Positions 12,316 to 24,725 of a DNA stretch of 64,000 nt are shown in pieces. Origin of the DNA: Octopus sinensis (taxonomy: Eukaryota); NCBI RefSeq assembly GCF_006345805.1, contig NC_043013.1, positions 46,066,001 to 46,130,000 on the forward strand, given 5' to 3'. Position numbers and translations under genes: made by a program. Within the stretch, counting starts at the first letter, position 1. Each line of letters begins with the position of its first letter. The notes under the pieces are model-generated. The model was not told the origin of the DNA and did not search any database. It saw nothing but the letters and a program-made list of their open reading frames with translations.

Positions 12316-13574
12316 GCGGATATTTATTTCAACGCTTCATATATGTATTCGATTAATCCCATATTCTTAAATTCCAGGTCTCGTATCAGCGTTAGTTACA
12401 GAAAGAGCGGTAGATCGACAGAATCTTTAGTGAGTTGGAAAAATACTTTGTGGTATTTGTTCTGCGTCTTTACCCTCTGAGTTCCGAAATCAACTTTACT
12501 TTTCATCCTTTTGGGGTCGATAAAAGTAAGTACCAGTTAAATACTGGGGGTTGGTGATTTTGAATAACTGCATCCAAATTCCAGGGCTAATCCTTTGATT
12601 AGTCCTTTGATTATTATACATAATAATTAAAATACAACCATAGGTTTACAGGTGTGGATTTTGTTGTAAGAAGTTTGTTTCCCAACCACATGGTGGAAGG
12701 CAAACTGTGTGGTACCTTGAGTGAGTGTCTTCAATCGGTCTTGGTGTGTTTACGTCCCTGTAACTTAGCGGTTCGGCAAAATAAACTGATAGAATAAGTG
12801 CCAGGCGTAACAAAATAAATGTGAGGTCGATTCATTCCATTAAAAATTCCTCAAGGCGGTGCCCCAGCATGGCCGCAGTCTAATGGCTGAAACAAATAAA
12901 AGAGAAGAGATGCCATAATTAAGACAACACAGACTTTAACCATAAGCGCCAGTTAACATTTTTGGGGACTGGGTTGATGTAATAAGCAACGCACTTCTTC
13001 GGGAAACTCCTTTAATAAAGCCGACTACTTTTATTAGGATTCCTGTGTAGTATGTTTCTAACATCCAAACCCTATTTCTTGCTCGTTTATTTCTATATCC
13101 AGGCAATGCCTACCACACGAATATATATTTTCGGGAACTGTGCTCCTTCTCACACTTTTCTGTTGTACCCCTAAATGTTACACTTGTGTTGCGTTGACAC
13201 ATGTACTGTCGTATAAGTGTATGGGCAGATACGGATCTCATCCCTTCACCCTGTCTCTTCGCTTCGTCTTTACTCACGAAAATCAGGTAGACAGTATCGT
13301 ACATTTTACCTCGTTCGATAGACAAAATTCTATCCCATATATTTGCCAGTGCCACTCTCATTTCAATTTTACTAAGCTCAGAAAAGACCCTCGCTATTTT
13401 CTCGAGGCATACGTGCATTACTTTTTCCTTTGCTATTCAGTGAGAAAATCTTGGGGGCCGCAAAACTTGTCTCCTATATCACAATTGTGACAAATTACAT
13501 GATAAAATTATGAAAATGAAAAAAGATATAGTGAGAGTAAACCTACCCACACACGTGTAGAAACCTATTTGTTT

Positions 13575-13730
13575 AAAGCGGCGAGCTGGCAGAAACGTTA
13601 GCACGCCGGGCGAAATGCGTAGCCATATTTCGTCTGCCGTTACGTTTTGAGTTCAAATTCCGCCGAGGTCGACTTTGCCTTTCATCCTTTCGGGGTCGAT
13701 TAAATAAGTACCAGTTACGCACTGAGGTCG
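13575..13730 (+). mobile_element. SINE family A, 3'-truncated
   Basis: Head plus GTCGACTTTGCCTTTCATCCTTTCGGGGTCGA body. Confidence 0.8.
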
Positions 13731-14995
13731 AGCCTTTGCATTTGACGCGACATTTGAGAACAGGTGTGTTGAAAACCGTGCTGCTATTATTGCCGCTGTA
13801 ATTGTAACGCAAGGCTTCCAACAAACATTTGAGTCAGAAACACCAGGCAAGTCGTTGTCTTAGATGTTCGTATTTCGATTAATAAAAAAATTAAAATTTT
13901 TGTTTGCTGTCTACGAAAATGTCTCTTTGTTCGTTGAGGGGTCGTGACTGATCAACGTTTTATACTGAATCTCGGCTAAAATATATTCAAATATGGCGCA
14001 AGCGTGGTTTTGTGGAAGGAAATTTGCATCCCAACAACAAGGTTCCGGGTTCAATCACAATTGTGACAAATTACGTAAGCTTTTTTTTTCTTTGCTATAG
14101 CCCCAGGCCAACCAAAGTTTAGTGAGAGGATTTGGTAAACGAAAACTGAAAGCCCGTTGTATATCAAATATATATTTGTGTATGTGTGTTTATTTGTGAA
14201 TGTGTGTGTGCGTGCGTCTGTGTGTGTGTGTAAGTGTGTGTGTGTTTGTGTCTCACCACCGTGACAAAGAGACCGACAGAATAACTACGACTTAAAGAAA
14301 AAGTACTGGAGTTGATTTGTTTGACTAAAACCATCCAGTATGGCGCTCCAACATGGCCGCAGTCAAATGGCTGAAACAATTGAAAGATGAAAGATAAGTA
14401 TAACGCAAAATGGATCATTGAAAACTCCCATATCCCTGAAGAATAATTCCACGTGATAAGAGACAAATTTTAATCCGATCTTTGCGGACGTCGACAAAAT
14501 GAAATTCTTGAGCCAGATCAATATAAAGATGGCTTACTAAGGAAGAAAATCAACACTAACATCAATAGTAAGGTTTCCTTTATTAACCAGAAAGGGTCAA
14601 AGAGGTATATAAAATACACTGAATGGTAAAGGAGAAGGTAGTATATGTACTCGCGAAAAGAGAGTCTTTTCTGAGCCCAGTAAAAATGAAATGAAAGTGG
14701 CACTGGCCAATGTATGGGACAGGATTTTGTCTATTGAACGAGGTAAAATGTACGATAACTGTCCACCTGTTTTTCGTGAGTAAAGACGAAGCCAAGAGAT
14801 TGGCTGAATTGGAGAGATCCATGGCGGTGCCCCAGCATGGCCACAGCTCATAAGCTGAAACTGGAATCAATCAATATCTGCCCATACATTTCTACAACAG
14901 TACATGTTTCAACGCAACACAAGTGTAACAATGCATGGAGTTTGCAATACATATGGAGCTGAACAAAGTTACATAAAGACGAAGGGAGGACTAAT

Positions 14996-15215
14996 TACGG
15001 CAGTGAAACATGGGCTTTCAACGCTACCATCATGAACGTCCTCATCGTAGTCCAAGGGAAAATGGAAGGAATCCTGCTTGGAACCATATTACGGAACACG
15101 AAAACCATCGCCTGGATTCTACAGCACGCGAAGTCAACAACATCATGAGAACAATCAAGGAGAACAAAAATAGATAGGTTGTCCACATCGCACGATTGAT
15201 GGACAACAGATGTTC
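14996..15215 (+). mobile_element. RTE-clade LINE fragment (post-RT region)
   Basis: YGSETWAFN...VQGKMEGILLG...WIL, then a frameshift, then VNNIMRTIK...HIARLMDNR. This fits the typical RTE YG.ETW...W.GHI.R..D.R pattern. Confidence 0.7.
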
Positions 15216-15395
15216 AGTAATTTTATCAGTTTGTAAACGTTAAGCGATTCATTGATTAAGATTTAATAAAATTAAAACCTGAATAAATAGGAAAATGAAA
15301 ACTACAGAATAATTAAAACATGATAAACTTATGAAAATGAAATAAGATATAGTGAGAGCTAACCTACCCACACACGACTAGAAACCTACTTGTTT

Positions 15396-16333
15396 AAGGC
15401 GGCGAGTTGGCAGAATCGTTAGTACGCCGGGCGAAATGCGTAGTCGTACTTCGCCTGCCGTTACGTTCTGAGTTCAAATTCCGCCGAGGTCGACTTTGGC
15501 CTTCAATCCTTTCGAGGTCGATTAAATAAGTACCAGTTACGCACTGGGGTCCATATAATCGACTTAATCCGTTTGTCTGTACTTGTTTGTCCTCTCTGTG
15601 TTTTGCCCCTTGTGAGTAGTAAAGAAATAGGTATTTTGTCTGCCGCTACGTTCTGAGTTCAAATTCCGCCGAGGTCGACTTTGCCTTTCATCCTTTCGGG
15701 GTCGATGTAATCGACTTAATACCTATGTCTGTCCTTGTTTGTCCTCTCTGTGTTTAGCCCCTTGTGGGTAATAAAGAAATAGGTATTTCGTCTGTCTTTA
15801 CGTTCTGAGTTCAAATTCCGCCGAGGTCGACTTTGCCTTTCATCCTTTCGGGGTCGATTAAATAAGTACCAGTTACGCACTGGCATCGATACAATCGAGT
15901 TAATCCGTTTGTCTCTCCTTGTTTGTCCTCTCTGTGTTTAGTCCCTTGTGAGTAGTAAAGAAATAGGTATTTCGTCTGCCGCTACGTTCTGAGTTCAAAT
16001 TCCGCCGAGGTCGACTTTGCCTTTCATCCTTTCGGGGTCGATTAAATAAGTACCAGTTACGCACTGAGGTCGATGTAATCGACTTAATCTGTTTGTCTGT
16101 CCTTGTTTGTTCCCTCTGTGTTTAGCCCCTTGTGGGTAATAAAGAAATAGGTATTTCGTCTGCCACTACGTTCTGAGATCAAATTCCGCCGAGGTCGACT
16201 TTGCCTTTTATCCTTTCGAGGTCGATTAAATAAGTACCAGTTACGCACTGGGATCGATGTAATCGACTTAATCCGTTTGTCTGTCCTTGTTTGTCCCCTC
16301 TGTGTTTAGCCCCTTGTGGGCAGTAAAGAACTA
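15396..16333 (+). mobile_element. SINE family A pentamer with TSD
   Basis: One headed unit and four headless units. Flanked by AGAAACCTACTTGTT (15380-15394) and AGAAATCTACTTGTT (16334-16348). Confidence 0.9.
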
Positions 16334-16752
16334 AGAAATCTACTTGTTAAGCAAAATCAGAAAGCCCTACGTTTCTGCTTGCCCAGAAAACCTTGTGTAT
16401 TTCACGAATGTCTCCGAAATCCTCCGCTAGCATCGCTTAATTCGGTTCATTCAAAAAGAGACCACTTCGGGGTAGAAATATTTTATGCGTTTATAGACGT
16501 TTCTTGTCTTTACCAATACATGGTACTTGATTCACTACGTTTCAGCAACATTTTAAGTTCATTTAAAAACAAAAAATATAACTCAAGTGATAAATGATAT
16601 CGCAAGATGTTTCATTTCACTTGACATGATGTAAATAGCATCAAAATTACCGAACTGATGTTGAGTGAGAAAACAAATTATTTTCTGTATTCTTGATAAA
16701 TGGGTATCCCGATGTGATAATTGATAAAAATCTACATATCATTACCATGAAG

Positions 16753-16791
<39 letters not shown>

Positions 16792-17224
16792 GTTTTAACT
16801 CATTAAACAAAGTGGATTTACTTAGTGAGAAAACTATCAATTACAGAGATCAATATCGTATCTCATACGCTACATACATCGCTTGATTTATCACACAGAT
16901 ATCAATCCTTTTCTAATTATCAACAGAAAATCAGAAACTGGTTTTATTACCGCCATATAAGTCGTACTCTATTCACGGGTTCCTCATCTACGTAGACTAA
17001 AATATTTATAGTTATCATGTCGGTTAATGGCTCTAATTACCTAACTCTGAATATTTTTATGGTTAAAACAGAGGAGGTAGAGTAGCATACATAATCTTTT
17101 AGAAAGTTTCCGAACCCTCTATAACAGTGTTTCCTATGGACTCTTTTGATTCTTATTCCACCTGGGTGGATCCTCATAACCATTCGATGCTTTAAAAATC
17201 CTATTACACTTTTACAATTAGATA

Positions 17225-17576
17225 ATATAAGGTTTTGGGATTTGGTTTGCAAGATTCTTTATATGAGTTCGTGTATTGAAGCATATTCTGTTGTGTCTGG
17301 GGAGAGTCATTTTCTTTTTGTGCCTTATAATGTAATACACTCATCGGGAATATTTCTACTTTTTTCTTATTCTTATTTTCCTAAAATTTTCGTTGCGTCT
17401 TGCAACCTTTTCAATGGTTTTGAGAGTCAAAACTATTGAAAAGGTTGCAAGACGCAACGAAAATTTTAGGAAAACAAAAATTTAAAAAAAGAAAGAAAAA
17501 GTGGAAATTTTACCGGTGAGTGTGTTAAATAATAAGGCACAAAAAGAAAATGACTCTCCCCAGACACAACAGAATA
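17225..17576. mobile_element. Penelope-like fold-back insertion (hairpin 17284-17576, 3-nt loop)
   Basis: Arms 17284-17423 and 17427-17576. A same-family fragment lies at 36224-36316. Each arm carries a hammerhead-like motif. Confidence 0.65.
17433..17469 (+). ncRNA. Minimal hammerhead-like motif with U3-A8 core variant
   Basis: CTA-TTGAAAA-G-GTTGC-AAGAC-GCAAC-GAA-AATT-T-TAG. A mirror copy is on the minus strand at about 17380-17417. Stem I is only 3 bp. Confidence 0.5.
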
Positions 17577-18849
17577 ATGTAGGGTATTGTATAGAAATAA
17601 TTATTAAAGTATTTTGTGCATTGCAGAAGTGTATCCAATTTGTCGCAGATAAATTTTAACGAAAAAATTTATATGGATCCCCCATGGGCCTTATAGACCC
17701 CGGTTGAGAACCGCTGAAATAGAATGTTATGGGGATACTACGAGAAAGTAGCCTCAAATTACGGGATGCTGAGGTAGGAAGTAGCACATCATAATATCCA
17801 AGTATTCTCAGACTGAAAGCATGACATGAATGTTACCAGCAAAGTGTATTTCTTTAACGATATGTTGGGCAAGACACAAAGTCTAGAACCAGAGTAGATT
17901 AAAATGCCCAGTTTAGCTCAAGAATTAATCTGGTAATGGATCGGTAAATAGGATTTAAGTAAAACATGAAAATATTTCTAACAAAAGCTAATGGTCGCAT
18001 TTTTGAGAGAAATAAAGGTTCAATTATATCGATCCAGTATCTGAATGGTATTTAATTTTATGAAACCCAGAAAGAAGAAGGGAAAATGGTGCTTAGCAAG
18101 ATTTGAGCTCAAAACGAAGAGTTGCAGCTGATACGCGAACGATATCTTTTTTGAGACAAAAGGTATGTTCAATTTTTTTACAGTGCCCTCAAATTTAAAA
18201 TCTTGAAATACTCTGCTGAAGAGCGAGAATGATAGAATGGAAATATGGTTTTTGCATTTTTCATATCTAACTCCGAAACACGTATACAGTTAATCAAAGC
18301 TGGGTGGATTCGTTATTTTTTTCTCTTTGCCTGCGTGGGTTGTTGAGTATTGTTGTCTGGGAGATTTTCTTATGGTAGAGAAATAGCTAGTTTTGGCTGC
18401 TATTTCTAAATTTCGGTATGTGGTGAAGCAAATTTTTAGCTGAACCCTAATTATAATTATACTCATAATTATAAGAATTTTTGTTTAAGCTTACTGATAA
18501 TGGTTTTTTTAACATACCGAACTACTTGGTAAAATTATTAACTATTAATTAATTAATCAGCTTTACCCTTTATTATTATTGATCATATAAATATATAGAT
18601 AGATTGAAGATAAATAAAGAGATAGATAGATACCTACATACTTACATACATACTCTTATACACATATACACACAAACACACACATGCATGTATACATATG
18701 ATCATATACCCTTATGTATATTCATAGCGCATCAAAGGGATGTCTTGAGGGTGGTCATTAAATAATTATGAAAACACAGGCGATTGGCAGCAAAAAAATA
18801 AAATAAAAATACGCGCAATCACTCACACTCGTACACTTACACACACACA

Positions 18850-18880
<31 letters not shown>

Positions 18881-18908
18881 CATATATATATACAGAGAGA
18901 GAGAGAGC

Positions 18909-18940
<32 letters not shown>

Positions 18941-18947
18941 TAGATAG

Positions 18948-19149
<202 letters not shown>

Positions 19150-19558
19150 CTCCATCTGTGTATCATACAAAATGATAAGTGCGTGTTTGTTTTACGGTCT
19201 CTTTAGCATCTTTATCTTTGTCGTTCTCCATTTTTCCATCTTCGTTCTTCTACGTTGTTTTATTTAATTTTATTTCAGTGATATTTATATTCATTTCTGC
19301 TTTTAAATTTACTTTTACCCTTAAAGGCTAAATACCTCTGTCCATCGGTTCATATTTAAAACTTTGCATCATTAGGTCTTACATATTAGAATCGGAGCAT
19401 TTATTAGTCTCGTTTTGACTGAGACTAGAAAAGCGGCAACGCGAAACTCCAAGTATAACAATCGCATAGAAATTTTATTTTCAGTTTTTCATTCCTGGGA
19501 TTATTAACTCTACAATATCTATCGACAAATTTTCATCGTACTCGTATATAAATAGACA

Positions 19559-19609
<51 letters not shown>

Positions 19610-20016
19610 TATGTACCAAAATATGTCATAAATTAGAGAGTTACAATCCCTCCTACAAACATGGACACTAGAAATAGCATTTACAATATTAGAAAAGATA
19701 AATCCTCGTGAATACCCGCCTAAGAGAGTATTCCGAAGCCAAGGAATAATAAACACGCACAGAAACACATTTACAAACACATAAATACATACACGTGCAC
19801 ACACACATACACACACACACAGACACACACTTTCATGTATGTTTGCCTACACAAAAGCTGATCAAACAGACACACGATTAAGCAGAGCAGATACGCAGAA
19901 ACAGCCCGAAGCAAATACACACATTTCTGGCTGGCAGAGAAATATCCATCTGCGATATTGGCACCTCAGTGTGTTGTGTTGTGTGTGTGTTGTGTTGTCG
20001 TTGTGTTGTGTGTGTG

Positions 20017-20087
<71 letters not shown>

Positions 20088-20212
20088 AGTGTAAGTGTGC
20101 GTATGTATGTATGTATGTTTTATGAATATACTGGATATGTGTATAAGTATATGCCGAAAAATGTGCGTATAGATACATACATTCTATTTATCTATATGTG
20201 TGTGTGCATATA

Positions 20213-20280
<68 letters not shown>

Positions 20281-20344
20281 ATACATACATACATACACAT
20301 ATATATAAATATTTTTATATATACACACACATATATACATATAC

Positions 20345-20390
<46 letters not shown>

Positions 20391-21448
20391 TATATATAAT
20401 ATGTGTGAGTGTGTCTTTCTGTGTGTGTGTATTACATACATACATACAAACACGCATGCACATAACTGAAGAGAATGACAAATAATATGTATATTTATGA
20501 TATTGCTATATATAGCGTTGCATGTATGTCGAAATATAACGGTTGTGTATCCAAACACTCACACGAAACGCATTTATATCGACACACAACTGACACACAA
20601 GCACACATACACACTACACAAGCACACACACACACACACACACACACTCTCTCTCTCTCTCTCTCTCTCTCACAAACACAATCATATAAACTCATTGACA
20701 GACACACAGACACACAAACACTCATAACGCAGAGGTCATTTCAATTAGACTTACAGTTGCAGTGAATACTTAAATGAACTGATTCAATTTTGGACTGTTC
20801 TAAAGTTGGAGTAAACATGCACTGATTCTCTGGAATCTTTCCTTTCTCTGCAGAACTGCTTTGCTAATTGGTCTGAAATGTTACTTTTGATGATATTTCC
20901 AATCGATTAGAATTCTTGGTAAAGTTCAAAGTTGAACGCAACATAAAAGAAGCAAGCGCTATGACGTCACAGCAGCAAGAACTAGAAAAACCAGCGACTG
21001 TTCAGTTATTTTTAGCCCTAGGACAGCCCTGAACCGGCAGACCTATGATCTATGGCATTGCAGCAAATAAAAGTATCGCTTATATTCATAACTAAATTAA
21101 ATTAAATTTTTAATTTCTTATTGAGGACTACATAGCCTACTGGGGGCATTTCTTTGACCTTTCTTTGAGAAGTGGGCCACATGAGACATGGCTCATAATC
21201 AGGCGAGCCGCATTAGTGCCGTGTGTTATTCGGGAAACCCAGCGGGCCACAGTTTGCCCATGACTGGTCTACTGTATCTGTCTTTATTTAGAATGGTTAT
21301 TTTAGGTTATTTGAAGAGGAAAATTGCTGTTTTTTTTGTAGCATCTCGAGCTATTACGTAGAGACAACCCTCCCTCGTTATGTCAGCAGTAAGCTGTGTT
21401 ATTCTGGTATATCTCATGGGTACAAAGGTTGTAGAATCTGTTGATTAT

Positions 21449-22049
21449 AAGGCGGCGAGCTGGCAGAAACGCTAGCACGTCGGGCGAAATGCTTAGCGGT
21501 ATTTCGTCTACTGTTACATTCTGAGTTCAAATTCCGCCGAGGTCGACTTTACTTTTCATCCTTTCGGGGTCGATAAATTAAGTACCAGTGACGCACTGGG
21601 GTCGATATAATCGACTTAATCCGTTTGTCTATCCTTGTTTGTTCCCTCTATGTTAAGCCCCTTGTGGGAAGTAAAGAAATAGGTATTTCGTCTGCCATTA
21701 CGTTCTGAGTTCAAATTCCGCCGAGGTCGACTTTGCTTTTCATCCTTTCGGGGTCGATAAATTAAGTACCAGTGACGCACTGGGGTCGATATAATCGACT
21801 TAATCCGTTTGTCTATCCTTGTTTGTTCCCTCTATGTTAAGCCCCTTGTGGGAAGTAAAGAAATAGGTATTTCGTCTGCCATTACGTTCTGAGTTCAAAT
21901 TCCGCCGAGGTCGACTTTGCTTTTCATCCTTTCGGGGTCGATTAAATAAGTACCATTTACGCACTGGGGTCGATATAATCGACTTAATCCGTTTATCTAT
22001 CCTTGTTTGTTCCCTCTATGTTTAGCCCCTTGTGGGTAGTAAAGAAATA
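21449..22049 (+). mobile_element. SINE family A trimer with 16-bp TSD
   Basis: Units restart at 21682 and 21866 (184-bp period). AGAATCTGTTGATTAT occurs at 21433-21448 and 22050-22065. Confidence 0.92.
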
Positions 22050-22369
22050 AGAATCTGTTGATTATTCCGTCTCATTCCTTACCATTATTAAGTTCGAGTT
22101 CATTTCCTAACTGTCTCTCTTGACTTATCTTTCAGAAAACATCGGTCAACTCCGAGTTACCAATGAAGACACTTAACTGATTCGCCAGACTACGTGGTTA
22201 CGAAGCAAACTCTGGTCCGTGCACACTGGCGCCCGTCCTACTTGTCTTCTAAATTGTCTGGAGATAGAAACTTTATCAGAGGCAACAATTTTCTGCTAAG
22301 AAACCGAATATGAACTTATCGTTTTATTCATTCATTGGTCGTTGTGTAGTTTCATTCGAATACCAATCT

Positions 22370-23760
22370 TTTATTTCTTATTTGTGGAGGAATGAAAGGA
22401 ACGATGAGTATAACGGGACCGGGATCGAGGATAAGTGACGTCACGTTAAGAAGTGAGGTCTTCGAACAGCCTCTTTCTTTGCCGGGGCGTCGAGTGTCAG
22501 ACGTGTTTTGGGGGTCGTTTTAGGGAATCTGGCCTTCCTGGCCAGAAGCTCGAGCAGAGTGCACGTTGGGGCGCGACTGTTGAGTTTTACTGGTTCCTGT
22601 GTCCCGAAGTTTGGATATACAGTTGCCGATTGCATCTCGAGGTAAGAGCAACCTTATTCGACTCTGGACACAAATCGCAACATCTGTGGCGAGATTTGGT
22701 ATAGAATTGTAAACACATAGGTGAATATAAGATATTGGCCAAAGAGGAAAGTATCTGTCTTCAGCCTTTCGGCCTGATCCATCGCATAACTGCTTTCGCT
22801 AAGGCTACCAGACAAAAACACACTGCCTGCCCTTCCCGGCCAAAGGAAGGCAACAGGGAGATTCCCAAGATGGACTCAGCCGATATCCGGATCCGTCCTA
22901 CACCCGATAGCAGGTGTTCGACATAAACCTGCAAGTCAGCAATGCTCGGGCACTGGACGAGAGCATGCAGAACAGTTTCGTCTCTCTGCGCGCATCTCGG
23001 GCCGGCCCAATTAACAGTACTTCCATGCTTGTAGAGTTTATCCCGAATCGGCAATGTCTCCCGGTAGTACTGCCTGCCAAGAATTTCCGGACGTTATCCG
23101 TAGTCTTCCGGAAGAATGTAGCCAGTTGATTCTCGTCGACGCCAAACGTCTGCCCCAGAACGTCGTCACATTTGCCTGTCACTAACCCTCTATGGAACGC
23201 CAAAGTGAAACTTCCACAGACTGCAATGCCCGACTGACAAAGAACTGTGAGCGCTTGATGATAGTCAAGGCGTCAGGCGCCCTGCCTCCATCTACGCTTG
23301 ATCCAGGGCTGCAGTTCAGTCAAAGAGACGAGGTGTGGACATCTTGTCCGACAAACGGCGACCACACCTGCTCACTGTCAAGGAAACGCTGGAGATGCCA
23401 TGGCCTCAGAGCATGTCTGCGCATCAGCTGCCACGGTATGCCCATTCAGCGGGTGTTGATAGCAATCTGAATGCCTGACCAATGGAACGCGTCGCTTTCA
23501 GGGAAAGCAGAAGAGCATGCGCTCGAACTTGATCAGGCGTAAACTGGGGCAAGGCATGATGTTCAGATGGTAATATGTAACGGAAGCTATGTTAGCATTT
23601 GCCACCTTTACCTGACCTTTCGGGGATGGCCTTCTCTCGGCCCATTTCTTGGTGATAACGGCCACCTTGCTCGTCACCACGTTCCAGTTCTCTGCTTGGA
23701 GAACCGGACCAAACCAGACCCCGAGCAACTTAACCGGCCCTTCGTCTAGTGTCCGAAGAC
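22370..23760 (-). mobile_element. Tx1/L1-clade LINE 3' fragment (RT C-terminus and CCHC region), pseudogenised
   Basis: LGVWFGP...ENW...KW..R.....G...V.N...AS...Y and PRCAQRDETVLHALVQCP motifs, broken by stops and frameshifts. Confidence 0.8.
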
Positions 23761-24373
23761 GTTATTGGACGGCATGGACCTGCTTCTTCAGGAGCCGAGA
23801 TGCAGGCCCACTGACTTTTCTTGGTTGATTTTTGTTCCTGTCACTGCCTTGTATTATTCTAAAACAGTACTGATCAGATGTATGTGCCTAGTGTTTGACA
23901 CTAGGCACATACCTTTTGCGTATGGCGACACAGTTCTCCCTCGCTCTAGTTCACGCGAGATGCCTCTTAACGTCTCCGATTTTAGAAGTAGTGGCTTTAG
24001 AGTCAGGATGGAAGAGACGAGAAGGCAGAACAGTTTCGTCTCTCTGCTCCGCCCACGGAACGAAAACACAACAACATATACATATAAAATCTGGAAGAAA
24101 AATAACTTACATGAAAATTTTGATACAACTATAAACCCTAATAAACTAGCTAACATACGGAGATATATTCTCAAAACAAAAATAAATATCAGAAATAGAA
24201 ATAGAACTCTTAAAAGCAATGCCAAATAATATCATAAGCACTGGGACTGTAAAATACGAAGACAGACGTGACGTGTTCGAGAAAAACGAAGTAAACAACG
24301 AAAGACAACAAACTCAAACCGTAGGAATGTATAATGATGCGCAAAATGCACCAAACCAGAACTCCTAATGATT

Positions 24374-24485
24374 ATACAGTTCTATATTTAAGAGATGAGG
24401 AATTAAGTACATTATTTGCATTATTTACATTATTTACATTTGACGTATATTTGTCCTCATCTTGTTTGTTGTTAACACAATGTGT

Positions 24486-24556
<71 letters not shown>

Positions 24557-24725
24557 CAGCAACAACATCGCAAAATACCTTAGGAATGAGAACCCAGGTT
24601 CGAAATTTCCCCAAGACACCTGAAGAAGGCTGGAAGGTATACCAGCCGAAACGTTGTGTTAACAACAAGCAAGATGAGAACAAATATCCGTCAAATGTAA
24701 ATAATGTGAATAATGCAAATAATGT
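24374..24725 (+). mobile_element. Penelope-like insertion with inverted arm, (TAA)n, hammerhead and 11-bp TSD
   Basis: TCCTAATGATT at 24363-24373 and 24726-24736. 24409-24484 is the reverse complement of about 24651-24726. Confidence 0.7.
24615..24660 (+). ncRNA. Minimal type I hammerhead ribozyme, canonical C3-G8 core
   Basis: GACAC-CTGAAGA-A-GGCTGG-AAGGTATA-CCAGCC-GAA-ACGT-T-GTGTT: 5-bp stem I, 6-bp stem II, palindromic ACGT stem III. Confidence 0.8.

Noticed and set aside
15396-16333. CRISPR-like or satellite interpretation of the ~184-bp arrays
   Set aside because: Whole units are homologous with no unique spacers and no cas genes. The arrays have a tRNA-like head and TSDs, so they are SINE concatemers.
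20755-20863. Possible minus-strand exon with GTAAGT donor (QSSSAEKGKIPENQCMFTPTLEQSKIESVHLSIHCN)
   Set aside because: Weak acceptor, no recognisable homology, and opposite strand to the better candidate exon.
23880-23912. Perfect 15-bp hairpin GTATGTGCCTAGTGT-TTG-ACACTAGGCACATAC
   Set aside because: Real, but isolated at a junction of LINE fragments. Most simply a snap-back repair scar; no evidence of function.
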